Origin: Cyanophyceae cyanobacterium
GTDB taxonomy: Bacteria; Cyanobacteriota; Cyanobacteriia; Cyanobacteriales; JBHJGN01
Direction: 5' to 3'
Length of the DNA: 64,000 nt
Assembly: GCA_050331735.1 (NCBI GenBank)
Contig: JBHJGN010000057.1
Location: 1 to 64,000 of the forward strand
Position 1 is the stretch's first letter. Each line of letters opens with the position of its first letter. The notes below the pieces were generated by a model that was given only the letters and a program-made list of their open reading frames with translations, had not been told where the DNA came from and searched no databases. The position numbers and the translations under genes are program-made. Below, piece by piece: positions 38,891 to 49,127 of the stretch.

Positions 38891-40414
38891 ATGACTTTAT
38901 CTAGAGACCTAGCGCGCAAACGAGTGAGAAGAACTGGACTGCCTCTGTGGTGGGATCGGGTGGTAGCCATCGCTGCTGCTCTCAATCTCCTCTTGGTGCT
39001 CTTCGATCTCACCTATATTCCGCTCCGAGATTTTTGGCTTCAGGGAAGAGTGCGGCTGGGGTCGTTTTAAATTGGTCCATTAGAGTCGGAGGGCTACGAG
39101 GTCGAGGTGCTTCCGGCTGCTGTGACGAGCTTTGTTACTCAATACGACGCGATTAAAGGCATTGAACCCTATCGCGATACGTCTCAGTATTTAGATCGGG
39201 TGGAGGATCTTAGAGAAGAACTGGTCAACAGTAGCCTAGATTCCCCGGCTGTTGCCGCCATTCTTCGGGAGCTTCGTCAGCGCAGCGTCGAAATGATCGA
39301 TACGAATCCTTTTGAGTTAGCGAATAAGACCGGGACGCTGGAGAAAATCAAAAACCGCCTCCGCGATCGCGTTCCTACTCCCCAGGATTCTTCTAAGCAG
39401 GCGTTTCGAGAATTTTGGAGTCAGGAGTATTTACAGGATCGAACGGTGGCAGAACTAGAGTTTTTCCAGCAGGAGGTCCGTCCGCTCCTCGAGAGAAACT
39501 ACTATCGCCCCATAGGTGAAAATGGTGAATTTGTCAACTATTTTGGTCTAATTGATTTCCCCTTCTTCTGCTTATTTTTGCTCGATTTTCTTGTCCGGAG
39601 CTGGAACATCAGCCATCGCCGTGCTGGAGTAAGCTGGCTCGATGCCATGCTGTGGCGCTGGTACGATATTTTCTTGTTGATTCCGGTGTTTCGCTGGCTG
39701 CGGGTAGTTCCGGTGATTATTCGGCTGAACGAGGCCGATTTGGGCGTGAATCTTCAGCCAATTAAAAAGCAGGCCAGTCAGGGATTAGTGGCCGGGATCG
39801 CCGAAGATGTTACGGAAGTGGTTGTGGTGAGGGTGATTAATCAAATTCAAGACTCGATTCGACAAGGAGAAATCGCCAAACTTTTAGCCAGCCGAGATAG
39901 CAAGCAGTACATCGACATCAATCAGGTCGATGAAACTTCGGAAATTGCCAAGCTGGTCACTCAGATTACGGTCGATAAAGTACTGCCCACCGTAAGACCC
40001 GATATCGAAGCGCTGCTACAGTACAATATCGAAAAGTTTTTACTGACGCTACCGCTGTATCAAGAACTGCGGCAGTTGCCGGGGATGGAAGGTCTAGAGC
40101 ACGACCTGAGCGATCGCCTGGTCAAGCAGCTCTACCAAATTGTTTACGATACCTTAGAGGGCGCTCTTCAAGAAGATCCGGTAGCTGATAAGCTGTGGGG
40201 CAGCTTAGTCAACCACTTTAGCGAAGCTATTAGTGCAGAGATGGCAACCAAACAAAGCCTTGAAAGACTAGAATACTTGCTCAGTGACCTGCTCGAGGAA
40301 GTTAAAATTAACTATGTGGAGCGCCTAGAAGAAGAGGATGTCGAGGAAATTCTTGAGCAAACGCGGGCGTTGCGGCAAATTTCTAGTTCGTCCCGAATCA
40401 AGCCTGTGCGCTAA
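38891..40414 (+). pseudogene. Membrane hypothetical protein interrupted by an in-frame TAA
   Basis: ATG 38891 is in frame with ORF 39107-40414; single TAA at 39068-39070 after a hydrophobic N-terminal segment. Confidence 0.7.
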
Positions 40415-40707
40415 ACAACAGTGCTTTCTAGTATTAGTGATAGCGTTGCTTAATAGCTAACGACCAGAGTGGAGCGGAGCTAGTCGTTTACAGTCAATCG
40501 TCAATTCTAAACTGGTTTAGTCAAGGCTGCCGTTACACAATCAGCAAGACCTCAATTGTCTCAACTTAAAACTTGCCGTTCACCTCTTCTATTTCCCCGT
40601 CCCAGAGGGATGTTCCCCCAATCCGAGATTTTATTGGTATGATCTAATTATGACGACACCTAATCTCAAGGAGCCGTCACGTTTATGCTAGGGCTTAGCA
40701 AAGTTGC

Positions 40708-40731
40708 AAGTGGGGTCACCCCGCTTTTTTT
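40708..40731 (+). promoter_or_regulatory. rimP leader terminator-like hairpin
   Basis: AAGTGGGG-TCA-CCCCGCTT followed by T run shortly before the rimP ATG. Confidence 0.75.
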
Positions 40732-40747
40732 GTTGCATTTTCAGGCG

Positions 40748-41212
40748 ATGTCTCACCCTCTGATACCACAAATTATTGATACAGCGACTCCGATTGCCCA
40801 AAAATTGGGATTAGAGGTAGTAGAAGTCGTTTTTCAAACCGATAAAAGACCGCCCGTCCTGAGAGTTGACGTCCGCAACTCTCAGGACGACACGAGGTTA
40901 GATGACTGTGAACGCATGAGTCGCGCTTTAGAGAAAAGGTTAGATGCCGCTGAAGTCATTCCCGGCTCCTATGTTCTAGAAGTTTCCAGTCCGGGGATTT
41001 CGCGTCGATTGGCAACAGACCGAGAATTTATCTCGTTTAAAGGATTTGCCGTACTTGTAAAAACCTTTGCTGCCTATGAGAACCAAAAAGAATGGCGGGG
41101 AAAACTTCAGGGACGAGACCAAACAGCCGTTTATCTCAACCAAAAAGGCCGCACTGTTGCCATCCCCAGAGAGCTAGTCGCGCTCGTCCAGCTAGACGAC
41201 GCTAGGGATTAG
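40748..41212 (+). CDS. rimP: Ribosome maturation factor
   Basis: DDCERMSR, YVLEVSSPG; first gene of the nusA-infB operon; start ATG 40748. Confidence 0.93.
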   Translation: MSHPLIPQIIDTATPIAQKLGLEVVEVVFQTDKRPPVLRVDVRNSQDDTRLDDCERMSRALEKRLDAAEVIPGSYVLEVSSPGISRRLATDREFISFKGFAVLVKTFAAYENQKEWRGKLQGRDQTAVYLNQKGRTVAIPRELVALVQLDDARD

Positions 41213-41252
41213 CACTTGAAATTGTAAGAACGAAGAGCAAGGAGATTTATTT

Positions 41253-42500
41253 ATGTCTATCGTCAGTTTGCCTGGCCTCAGCATGATGATTGAAGAAATT
41301 AGCCAGCGCCACAACTTACCTCAATCGGCGGTTCAAGAAGCCTTAAGAGAAGCTCTGCTCAAGGGATATGAACGGTATCGACGCTCACAAAGCCTAGATC
41401 GCTATCAGTATAGCGATGAGTACTTCGATAATTTTGAAATCGAGCTTGACATCGAAGAAGAAGGATTTCGGATTCTATCGACAAAAATTATTGTCGAAGA
41501 AGTCGAAAGTGCTGATCACCATATTTCTCTAGAAGCCGTCCAGGAAGTAGCGGCTGAAGCCCAGGTTGGAGATGAAGTCGTTGTCGATGTCACCCCAGAA
41601 CAGCGAGATTTCGGTCGGATGGCAGCCATTCAAACCAAGCAAGTGCTGCTTCAGAAACTGCGAGACCAGCAGCGCAAGCTGGTTCAGGAAGAATTTCAGG
41701 ATTTAGAAAGTACGGTTTTGCAGGCGAGAGTGCTGCGGTTTGAACGGCAGTCGATTATTATGGCGGTTACTAGCGGATTTGGCCAACCTGAAGTTGAGGC
41801 AGAACTTCCCAAACGCGAACAGCTTCCCAACGATAACTACCGAGCCAACGCCGCTTTTAAGGTGTATCTGAAAAAAGTTCGCGAAGGCTCTCACCGCGGT
41901 CCGCAACTGATCGTTTCAAGAGCTTCAGCGGGGCTGGTGGTTTATCTCTTCGCCAACGAGGTTCCAGAAATTGAGGAAGAAGTGGTGCGGATTGTAGCAG
42001 TTGCCAGAGAAGCCAATCCTCCTTCTCGCTATGTCGGTCCTCGGACTAAAATTGCGGTCGATACCCTTGAGCGAGATGTCGATCCAGTTGGAGCCTGCAT
42101 CGGTGCCAGAGGCTCGCGGATTCAGTCAGTTGTCAACGAACTGCGGGGCGAAAAAATCGACGTGATTCGCTGGTCTCCCGACCCCGCCACCTACATTGCT
42201 AACGCTTTGAGTCCGGCTCGGATCGATCAGGTTGTGTTGATCAACCCAGATGAACGACAGGCGCTTGTCTTGGTTGCTGAAGACCAGCTTAGCCTGGCTA
42301 TTGGGAAAGAGGGACAGAATGTGCGGCTGGCTGCTCGTCTGACCGGGTGGAAGATCGATATCAAGGATACGGCTCGGTATCAAGAAGAAGCGCAAGCGGC
42401 TATAGACGCAGCTCCAGAAGCAGAGAGCGAAGACGTTGTAGAAGCAGCGGCTGACGAGACGGCGACTGTTTCTCCACCGCTGGTGGTAGAGGAGGGGTAA
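41253..42500 (+). CDS. nusA: Transcription termination/antitermination factor
   Basis: [12 protein letters not shown]1 and KH domains, [23 protein letters not shown]. Confidence 0.97.
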   Translation: MSIVSLPGLSMMIEEISQRHNLPQSAVQEALREALLKGYERYRRSQSLDRYQYSDEYFDNFEIELDIEEEGFRILSTKIIVEEVESADHHISLEAVQEVAAEAQVGDEVVVDVTPEQRDFGRMAAIQTKQVLLQKLRDQQRKLVQEEFQDLESTVLQARVLRFERQSIIMAVTSGFGQPEVEAELPKREQLPNDNYRANAAFKVYLKKVREGSHRGPQLIVSRASAGLVVYLFANEVPEIEEEVVRIVAVAREANPPSRYVGPRTKIAVDTLERDVDPVGACIGARGSRIQSVVNELRGEKIDVIRWSPDPATYIANALSPARIDQVVLINPDERQALVLVAEDQLSLAIGKEGQNVRLAARLTGWKIDIKDTARYQEEAQAAIDAAPEAESEDVVEAAADETATVSPPLVVEEG

Positions 42501-42555
42501 GCCAGACACCTGGCGACAGCGTTAGCTTTAGCTCTGTGGAGGAGGCAATACGAAG

Positions 42556-42816
42556 ATGACCCCCAACTATCGGCGCTGTATTAGCTGCCGCAAAGTAGCC
42601 CCGAAAGAATCATTTTGGCGAGTTGTCCGAGACTATCGGTCTCGACAGGTACAATTAGATCGGGGAGTGGGGCGTTCCGCCTATCTTTGTCCGCAAGCCA
42701 ACTGCTTGGAGTCAGCCCAGCGCCGAAACCGCCTCGGGCGATCGCTGCAAGTCTCTGTACCGGAGTCGATTTATCAACGTCTATGGTCTCGATTAGCATC
42801 TACCACCCAAAGCTAA
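42556..42816 (+). CDS. ylxR: YlxR family RNA-binding protein
   Basis: RRCISCR, GRSAYLC; position between nusA and infB. Confidence 0.9.
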   Translation: MTPNYRRCISCRKVAPKESFWRVVRDYRSRQVQLDRGVGRSAYLCPQANCLESAQRRNRLGRSLQVSVPESIYQRLWSRLASTTQS

Positions 42817-43222
42817 ACAAGGAGCAGCCAGCGCCGACCCCACTTTCTTCACGAGCGATCGCCGTTGGTTAGAGATTAAACCAGTTAGAGTCGCTAGCAT
42901 ATAAGTAAGCCCGTACCTTTAAACCTAAATTGCCAAAACTTAAGAGAATTAGCCAACCTTGTTGCTCGCTCAACCAACCTAGACAGCACTCCAGACTCTA
43001 GCGCCGATTTTTATGATTTGCGACCTTAACTTAATTTAACCTAATTGAGAATCAGTCATTGAGGAGGCGGTTATCTTCAGAGAACCTTAAACTAGTCACA
43101 TCAAATCAAATAGTAGTCATGCTCAAATCGCAGCTCAGTAGAATTAAGCACCGACCCAAGCATTTGTAACCATCGGCAGATTGTGAGGGACATCACTGCT
43201 ACGTAAGTAAGGGGAATAGTGG

Positions 43223-46141
43223 ATGAACAACGGAAAAGTCAGAATTTACGAATTGTCAAAAGAATTGAACCTAGATAATAAAGAATTATTAGACGTTTGC
43301 GCTCGGCTTAACATTGCCGTCAAGAGTCACAGCAGCACCATTACAGAAACACAGGCACAACGCATTCGTCAAGCGGCTAAGACGGTCTCTGCCCAAGCAG
43401 GAACGAGTACCAGTGTTTCTGCTGGCAACGGTTCTGGAACCTCTCGAACTCCTAATCGTCCTAAAGGTAAGCGCAAGCAACAGATTTTAGCTCTTCACAA
43501 GCAACAGCGTTCCAATGCGCCTAGTGCAGAGGCATCAACCCCTGTCTTAGCAGCTCCCCCCCGTTCACCTGCAAGAGCAGAACCTCCCTCCTCGGCTCCC
43601 GTTGCTCAGCAAGCTGATGAATCAGTTCCTCAGCTCAAGGCTCCTCCTCAATCGCCAGCACCCGAACCAGCAGTAGATTCCCCCGCCGCCTCTCCCAAAT
43701 CTTCAGAGCGATTGGAGCCGTCATCGCCCCAACTCCTGAGACCTCCTGCTCGTCCTCAAGAGTCAAAACCAAAGCTGGAGCCGCCTAGCAAGCAAGAGTT
43801 GGAGACAACGGCCTCTCCCTCCAACGAAAGACCGGTTTTGCTGGAGCCTCCTAAAGAGCAAAAAGAGGTGTCTAAGGAACAGCCAAAACTGAAAAAGCCG
43901 AAGCTGAAATCGACCGAAGAGGCAAAGTCCGAAGAGGAAGCTACACCCACAACAGAGGCGGGGGCTGTAGATGATTCGGTGGAAGAAGAGGTGCTCCTCA
44001 AGCCACCCACTCGACCCAAACAAAAGCTGAAGCGTCCGACAGAGCCGAATAGTTCTTCGTGGGAAGAAGAAGATGAAAAAGAGACGGAGAAGGCTGGCAA
44101 AGCTGGTAAAAGCGGCACCAAAACCAAGCGGCGACCGGTGGTCATCGATGACGACGACGAATTGGAATCGCTGTCAGACTCAAAGGCTACCCCTGCCGTT
44201 GTTAGTCTCTCTGTGGCTCGTCCTCCTAAACCGAAAAATCTGACTGCGCCTGTCTCTGCTCAAGTAACTACCAAGAAAAAGCAAGCACCTTCTAGACCCG
44301 ACAGCGCCTCGGCCAAACCGAAAGAACGGCGCAGCCGGAAAGAAGAAAGCCAACAGCGGCCAGAAGAAATCGTATTGTCTGGTAATCAGACCGTCAGAGA
44401 ACTTTCCGAGCTGTTGAATACTTCAGAAACTGAGCTAATTACTAAACTCTTTTTAAGAGGAATTGCGGTTAATATCACGCAAACCCTAGATACCGATACC
44501 GCTCGCTTAGTTGCTGAGGAATTTGGCGTTCAGGTGAAGACGGCCCAGAAAAAATCCGCCGCTGCCAAAGACACCGACATGCTGGCTGTCGAAGATCTGG
44601 AAAATCTGCAGCGTCGCCCTCCTGTAGTCACCATTATGGGTCACGTTGACCACGGGAAGACAACCCTGCTCGACTCCATTCGCAAAACTAAAGTGGCCCA
44701 GGGAGAAGCTGGCGGTATTACCCAGCACATTGGAGCCTACCACGTCGATGTAGAGCACAACGGCAAGACGGAGCAAGTGGTGTTTCTCGATACTCCTGGG
44801 CATGAAGCCTTTACGGCAATGCGGGCGAGGGGAACGCGCGTGACCGATATTGCTATTTTGGTAGTAGCCGCTGATGACGGGGTACAGCCTCAGACCAGAG
44901 AAGCCATTAGTCATGCCCGAGCCGCAGAAGTGCCCATCGTCGTTGCCGTTAATAAAATTGATAAGCCGGGTGCTGAACCAGACCGGGTTAAGCAAGAGCT
45001 GACGGAACTGAGTTTAGTTCCTGAAGAATGGGGCGGCGATACCATTACCGTACCGGTGAGCGCTCTCAGGGGCGACAATCTGGATACTTTGCTGGAAATG
45101 ATTCTGCTGGTGGCAGAAATTGAAGAACTCTCTGCTAATCCTAACCGCTCAGCAAAAGGAACCGTAGTAGAAGCCAATCTTGACCGCGCCAGAGGTCCGG
45201 TAGCTACGCTACTGGTACAAAACGGTACGCTACGAGTCGGCGATACAATTGTCGCTGGTTCAGTCCTGGGGAGGATTCGCGCGATGATCGACGACCGCGG
45301 CGAACGAGTAGAAGCGGCTACACCTTCTTTTGCCGTGGAGGTTTTAGGACTGAACGATGTTCCCGCCGCCGGAGATGAATTCGACGTGTACGAGAGCGAG
45401 AAAGAAGCCCGCGCCGTCGCTGACACCAGAGCCAACACGCAACGGCAAACGCGCCTACAGCAAGCGCTCTCTTCCCGCCGCGTCAGCCTCAGCAGCCTTT
45501 CTGCTCAAGCTCAAGAAGGAGAACTCAAAGAACTCAACTTGCTCCTGAAAGCCGACGTTCAGGGGTCGGTGGAAGCCATTTTGGGCTCGCTGAATCAGCT
45601 CCCGCAGGATGAAGTTCAGATCCGCGTATTGCTCGCGGCTCCTGGAGAAGTGACCGAAACCGACGTGGATTTAGCGGCCGCTAGCGGCGCTGTGATTGTA
45701 GGTTTCAATACCACCTTAGCCAGTGGAGCGCGACAGGCTGCTGACCAGCAAGGGGTCGATATTCGAGAATATAACGTCATCTACAAACTTCTCGACGAGA
45801 TTCAGGGGGCGATGGAAGGCCTCCTCGACCCCGAAGAGGTTGAAGAACCGCTGGGTTCTGCGGAAGTGCGGGCTGTTTTCCCAGTTGGTCGGGGGGCGGT
45901 AGCAGGCTGCTATGTTCAGTCTGGCAAGATCGTCCGAAACCGACTGCTGCGGGTTCGTCGCGGCGACCAGGTAGTTTACGAAGGTCCGATTGATTCGCTC
46001 AAGCGGATGAAAGATGATGTCAGAGAAGTGAATGCTGGCTACGAGTGCGGCATTAACTCGACTAAATTTAATGACTGGCAGGAAGGAGATATCATTGAGG
46101 CCTATGAGATGGTGATGAAGCGTCGCACTTTATCTACCTAG
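43223..46141 (+). CDS. infB: Translation initiation factor IF-2
   Basis: [40 protein letters not shown]. Confidence 0.98.
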   Translation: MNNGKVRIYELSKELNLDNKELLDVCARLNIAVKSHSSTITETQAQRIRQAAKTVSAQAGTSTSVSAGNGSGTSRTPNRPKGKRKQQILALHKQQRSNAPSAEASTPVLAAPPRSPARAEPPSSAPVAQQADESVPQLKAPPQSPAPEPAVDSPAASPKSSERLEPSSPQLLRPPARPQESKPKLEPPSKQELETTASPSNERPVLLEPPKEQKEVSKEQPKLKKPKLKSTEEAKSEEEATPTTEAGAVDDSVEEEVLLKPPTRPKQKLKRPTEPNSSSWEEEDEKETEKAGKAGKSGTKTKRRPVVIDDDDELESLSDSKATPAVVSLSVARPPKPKNLTAPVSAQVTTKKKQAPSRPDSASAKPKERRSRKEESQQRPEEIVLSGNQTVRELSELLNTSETELITKLFLRGIAVNITQTLDTDTARLVAEEFGVQVKTAQKKSAAAKDTDMLAVEDLENLQRRPPVVTIMGHVDHGKTTLLDSIRKTKVAQGEAGGITQHIGAYHVDVEHNGKTEQVVFLDTPGHEAFTAMRARGTRVTDIAILVVAADDGVQPQTREAISHARAAEVPIVVAVNKIDKPGAEPDRVKQELTELSLVPEEWGGDTITVPVSALRGDNLDTLLEMILLVAEIEELSANPNRSAKGTVVEANLDRARGPVATLLVQNGTLRVGDTIVAGSVLGRIRAMIDDRGERVEAATPSFAVEVLGLNDVPAAGDEFDVYESEKEARAVADTRANTQRQTRLQQALSSRRVSLSSLSAQAQEGELKELNLLLKADVQGSVEAILGSLNQLPQDEVQIRVLLAAPGEVTETDVDLAAASGAVIVGFNTTLASGARQAADQQGVDIREYNVIYKLLDEIQGAMEGLLDPEEVEEPLGSAEVRAVFPVGRGAVAGCYVQSGKIVRNRLLRVRRGDQVVYEGPIDSLKRMKDDVREVNAGYECGINSTKFNDWQEGDIIEAYEMVMKRRTLST

Positions 46142-46218
46142 TGGTGAGCAGTCCCAATTTGCCGCATCTTCACTGGTTTGAAAAAACAGTTAACTTCCCG
46201 TCCTAGCAGCGTTAGAGC

Positions 46219-46250
46219 TTGAGAGACTCCAGGTCTAACGAGTCTCTCGA
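46219..46250. terminator. Stem-loop downstream of infB
   Basis: GAGAGACTC...GAGTCTCTC perfect 9-bp stem between convergent units. Confidence 0.5.
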
Positions 46251-46536
46251 ACTCCGCTACTAGACAATTTTATGCTGCCGAATCGCCTTTTCTCCAATCG
46301 TCGTATTTAGCCCACTTTTTGCCGACTGTACCAACTACCTAAAGTTATTGGCTCGAAAAGTATCTAGACGGTGGACTGAGTGGCTTAGTCCGCCGGATTC
46401 GTCATCAGAAGCCCAGTCGGTTGACCCCAGAGCAACAACAGCAACTCAAATTTCTATCGGCACAACAATGGCAAAAAACACTCACTTTCATCTTTTCACT
46501 TTCCTAACCTTTTTGGTGGGAATGGAGTAATCAAGG

Positions 46537-47982
46537 CTAGCAATCGCTCTCTAAGCTAGCAAACAAACTGTTCCAGTCTGTTTCTCCGTTCTCTCCCTCT
46601 CGCACCTCAAAGGTTTTATCGCAGGCAGAAGAATGCTGGAGGGCCTCGATGCAAAGCTCCGCGATCGCCTCCCGACTCACCTGCCCCTTCATCGTATCAC
46701 CTTGGTCAACCACTAATGCTTTATCCCCTGGTGCTTCAGTCAGTGCGCAGGGACGAACAATTGTATAAGACAGTCCGCTTTTCCGCACCGCCTCTTCTCC
46801 TCGCAGTTTCCAGGTCAGAATCCCGCCAAGCTGGTCGTTCATTCTCACAGCGGGCGGTTCTTCTTCTAAATCAAGATCCGGACGACCCGGACGAGTTACC
46901 CCCGCAGAACTCACCATCACAAACTGGGGCGTAGCTTGTCCGCCATAGGCTTTAATAGTCGCCACCTCTAGACGAAAAGCTCCCGGCTCAAAGCGAGGAT
47001 TCAGGTCTCCATCGTATTCAAACTTACTGAGCATCAACTGCATCGAGCAAATGTGTTGAGGATTGAGCCTCGCCTCAGCTACCGTTTTGGCCCGGAACAC
47101 CGGAATCAGATCGGCAAAAGGAACTTGAATCTTTATCCAGCTATTCTTAGTCGTATCAAAAGAATAACTATAGCCCACGCCGTCCCATTTATCCTCACAG
47201 CGGAGGATGAATTTGTAGCGCTTGCCATCTCCTCTCACCTGCAGTTCCACTCCTTGGTAAACAGATAGGTCTAGCGGAGACTGAAAGTTACGGGTCCGCA
47301 CTGAGGCAAAGCCACCGTTGTTTTCAGTCGAGACAGTCCCGGAGAACGCGGCGCAGCCGTCTGTTTGGTAAATGCCGCTTTCGCTCACGCCACCCATGAC
47401 GACATCATCAACAGCACCCCAGGTATCTTCAACGCTTAGTAAAGTATCTGTAAAATCGCAGAGGAGCTTTTGCTGCGCCGATATTTTTAGATGCTGACGA
47501 ACGGCCTGGACTAAATTCTGAATACCCTGATAGTCCACTATTTCTGGACTATCAACCACTTCTGGCAGGTAAAACTTAACACCTTGATAATACTTTTCCC
47601 GTTTTGGCGTGTCGCCTTCTACTGGCTGTACCTTCACGCCAGTGCAGCAAATCACGGCTTCCACCTGCTGCATCATCTGTAGTGTCAAGGTTTCGGGGAT
47701 AGTGATATCGGCGGCAAATAGCTCAACGCGATCGCCGAGAATTTTGTGCGCTCTTGATTTGTCTCTCACCAAAGCCCGGACACGATGACCGCGCTCAACT
47801 AAGCGGCGAACGACTCGCTGACCGACGCCTCCTGTTGCTCCAGCTACTAAAATGACCAACGGATTACCTCTTTCTGTTTGAGATGAACTGCCCGATAGCT
47901 GCGGTAGCCAGCTAAAGGGCCGATTGAAATAAACAAGAGTTTTGATAAATCTGCCTAGATTCCACTGCGGTTTACGGCTCAT
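46537..47982 (-). CDS. NAD(P)-binding Rossmann protein with inserted CIA30 domain
   Basis: LVAGATGGVG; WGAVDDVVMGGVS, NNGGFASVR, SKFEYDG. Confidence 0.9.
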   Translation of the reverse strand: MSRKPQWNLGRFIKTLVYFNRPFSWLPQLSGSSSQTERGNPLVILVAGATGGVGQRVVRRLVERGHRVRALVRDKSRAHKILGDRVELFAADITIPETLTLQMMQQVEAVICCTGVKVQPVEGDTPKREKYYQGVKFYLPEVVDSPEIVDYQGIQNLVQAVRQHLKISAQQKLLCDFTDTLLSVEDTWGAVDDVVMGGVSESGIYQTDGCAAFSGTVSTENNGGFASVRTRNFQSPLDLSVYQGVELQVRGDGKRYKFILRCEDKWDGVGYSYSFDTTKNSWIKIQVPFADLIPVFRAKTVAEARLNPQHICSMQLMLSKFEYDGDLNPRFEPGAFRLEVATIKAYGGQATPQFVMVSSAGVTRPGRPDLDLEEEPPAVRMNDQLGGILTWKLRGEEAVRKSGLSYTIVRPCALTEAPGDKALVVDQGDTMKGQVSREAIAELCIEALQHSSACDKTFEVREGENGETDWNSLFASLESDC

Positions 47983-48027
47983 GTCTTCAGATGACTGTGA
48001 GTTTGGCGCTCATTCTTAACAACCAGC

Positions 48028-49104
48028 TTAGGGATAATCGCGATACGGAGCAAATCCGACCTGTTCTATTAATTGCTGCCCCTGAGTGCTTAAGAGAAGG
48101 TTAGCATAGGCGTTTCCCGCTTGTTCGTCTACACTCCCGTCTCGTTTGACAACCACGTAAAGTTTTCTAGTCAGGGGATAAGAACCGTCGGCAAAAGCAG
48201 CCGTGTTCACTTCGGCGCTGGTAGCTGGAGACACAAATTTACCGTTTTCCCCGGCGATAGCAATCGTTGCCACGGTTTCCTGTCCGACGACAACAGCAGC
48301 ACTAGCGTAACCAATTCCTCCTGGGGTCTGGGCAACTTGGCGAATGGCCAACGTCGTATTTTCTACAATTTCTACCGTGGCTCCAAACTCCCCCGCCAGT
48401 ACCGCTTCTTGCAAAATCGACGCTGTACCGCTGGTTGGCGGATTGAGGCTATAGGGAGTAATGGGCAGGTTAGGGCCGCCAAGTTCCTCCCAGTTGCTGA
48501 CTTTTCCTGTATAAATTAGGCTGATTTGGGAGAGAGTGAGACCTGGAATCGAAAGTTCAGGATGAACGAAAAAAGCAATTCCATCCCAGGCAACGGGAAT
48601 TTGTGCTAACTCAAACCCTTTCCTTTGGGCCGTCTTTTTTTCCGCCGCTCGTAGAGAACGGGAAGATTCGGCAAAGCTAATTTGGTCTGCCAACAGACGT
48701 TGAATTTCCCTCGCTGAGCCTAGCTGGTCGTCCATCGACTCAGTATATACAGGATAAAAGCGAGGATGAGCCTCATTGATAGCGGCGAGGATAACAGGGG
48801 AGCGCAGAGGAGCAAAGGTTGTTGCTCCTCCATAAATAAAGACTCCCTGTGGAACATTTTGGACCTCCGTTAAGGTTGAATAAACAGGGTCTAGTTCTCG
48901 CTTGAGAGTAGTCCCCGCCGTATGAACAAGACCGTAGATAGAGCCTGCAAAAGCTAAAGTGGAGGCAGCAATAGCGATTTTGAATGGCCCAGTGAATTTT
49001 TGAGGAACTAACACGACACTACGACAGTTAGGATTCGTTGAACGGTTGATGCTGAGATTGCCAGGATATCCGGTAGTCAAATCACCGCTAATTAGGTTCT
49101 TCAA
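48028..49104 (-). CDS. PstS-family substrate-binding protein (membrane-anchored; start uncertain)
   Basis: YGGATTF, SFAESSR, VAWDGIAFFVHP, IYTGKVSNW..LGGP, YPLTRKLYVV. Confidence 0.8.
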   Translation of the reverse strand: MKNLISGDLTTGYPGNLSINRSTNPNCRSVVLVPQKFTGPFKIAIAASTLAFAGSIYGLVHTAGTTLKRELDPVYSTLTEVQNVPQGVFIYGGATTFAPLRSPVILAAINEAHPRFYPVYTESMDDQLGSAREIQRLLADQISFAESSRSLRAAEKKTAQRKGFELAQIPVAWDGIAFFVHPELSIPGLTLSQISLIYTGKVSNWEELGGPNLPITPYSLNPPTSGTASILQEAVLAGEFGATVEIVENTTLAIRQVAQTPGGIGYASAAVVVGQETVATIAIAGENGKFVSPATSAEVNTAAFADGSYPLTRKLYVVVKRDGSVDEQAGNAYANLLLSTQGQQLIEQVGFAPYRDYP

Positions 49105-49127
49105 GAGCTAATCCGACGGGTTTATGT

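Noticed and set aside
46348..46530. 60-aa plus-strand ORF and a 28-codon Cys-rich minus-strand ORF (MKVSVFCHCC...CCCC)
   Set aside because: No recognisable family; Cys codons arise from CAACAA low-complexity sequence; cannot be supported without homologues
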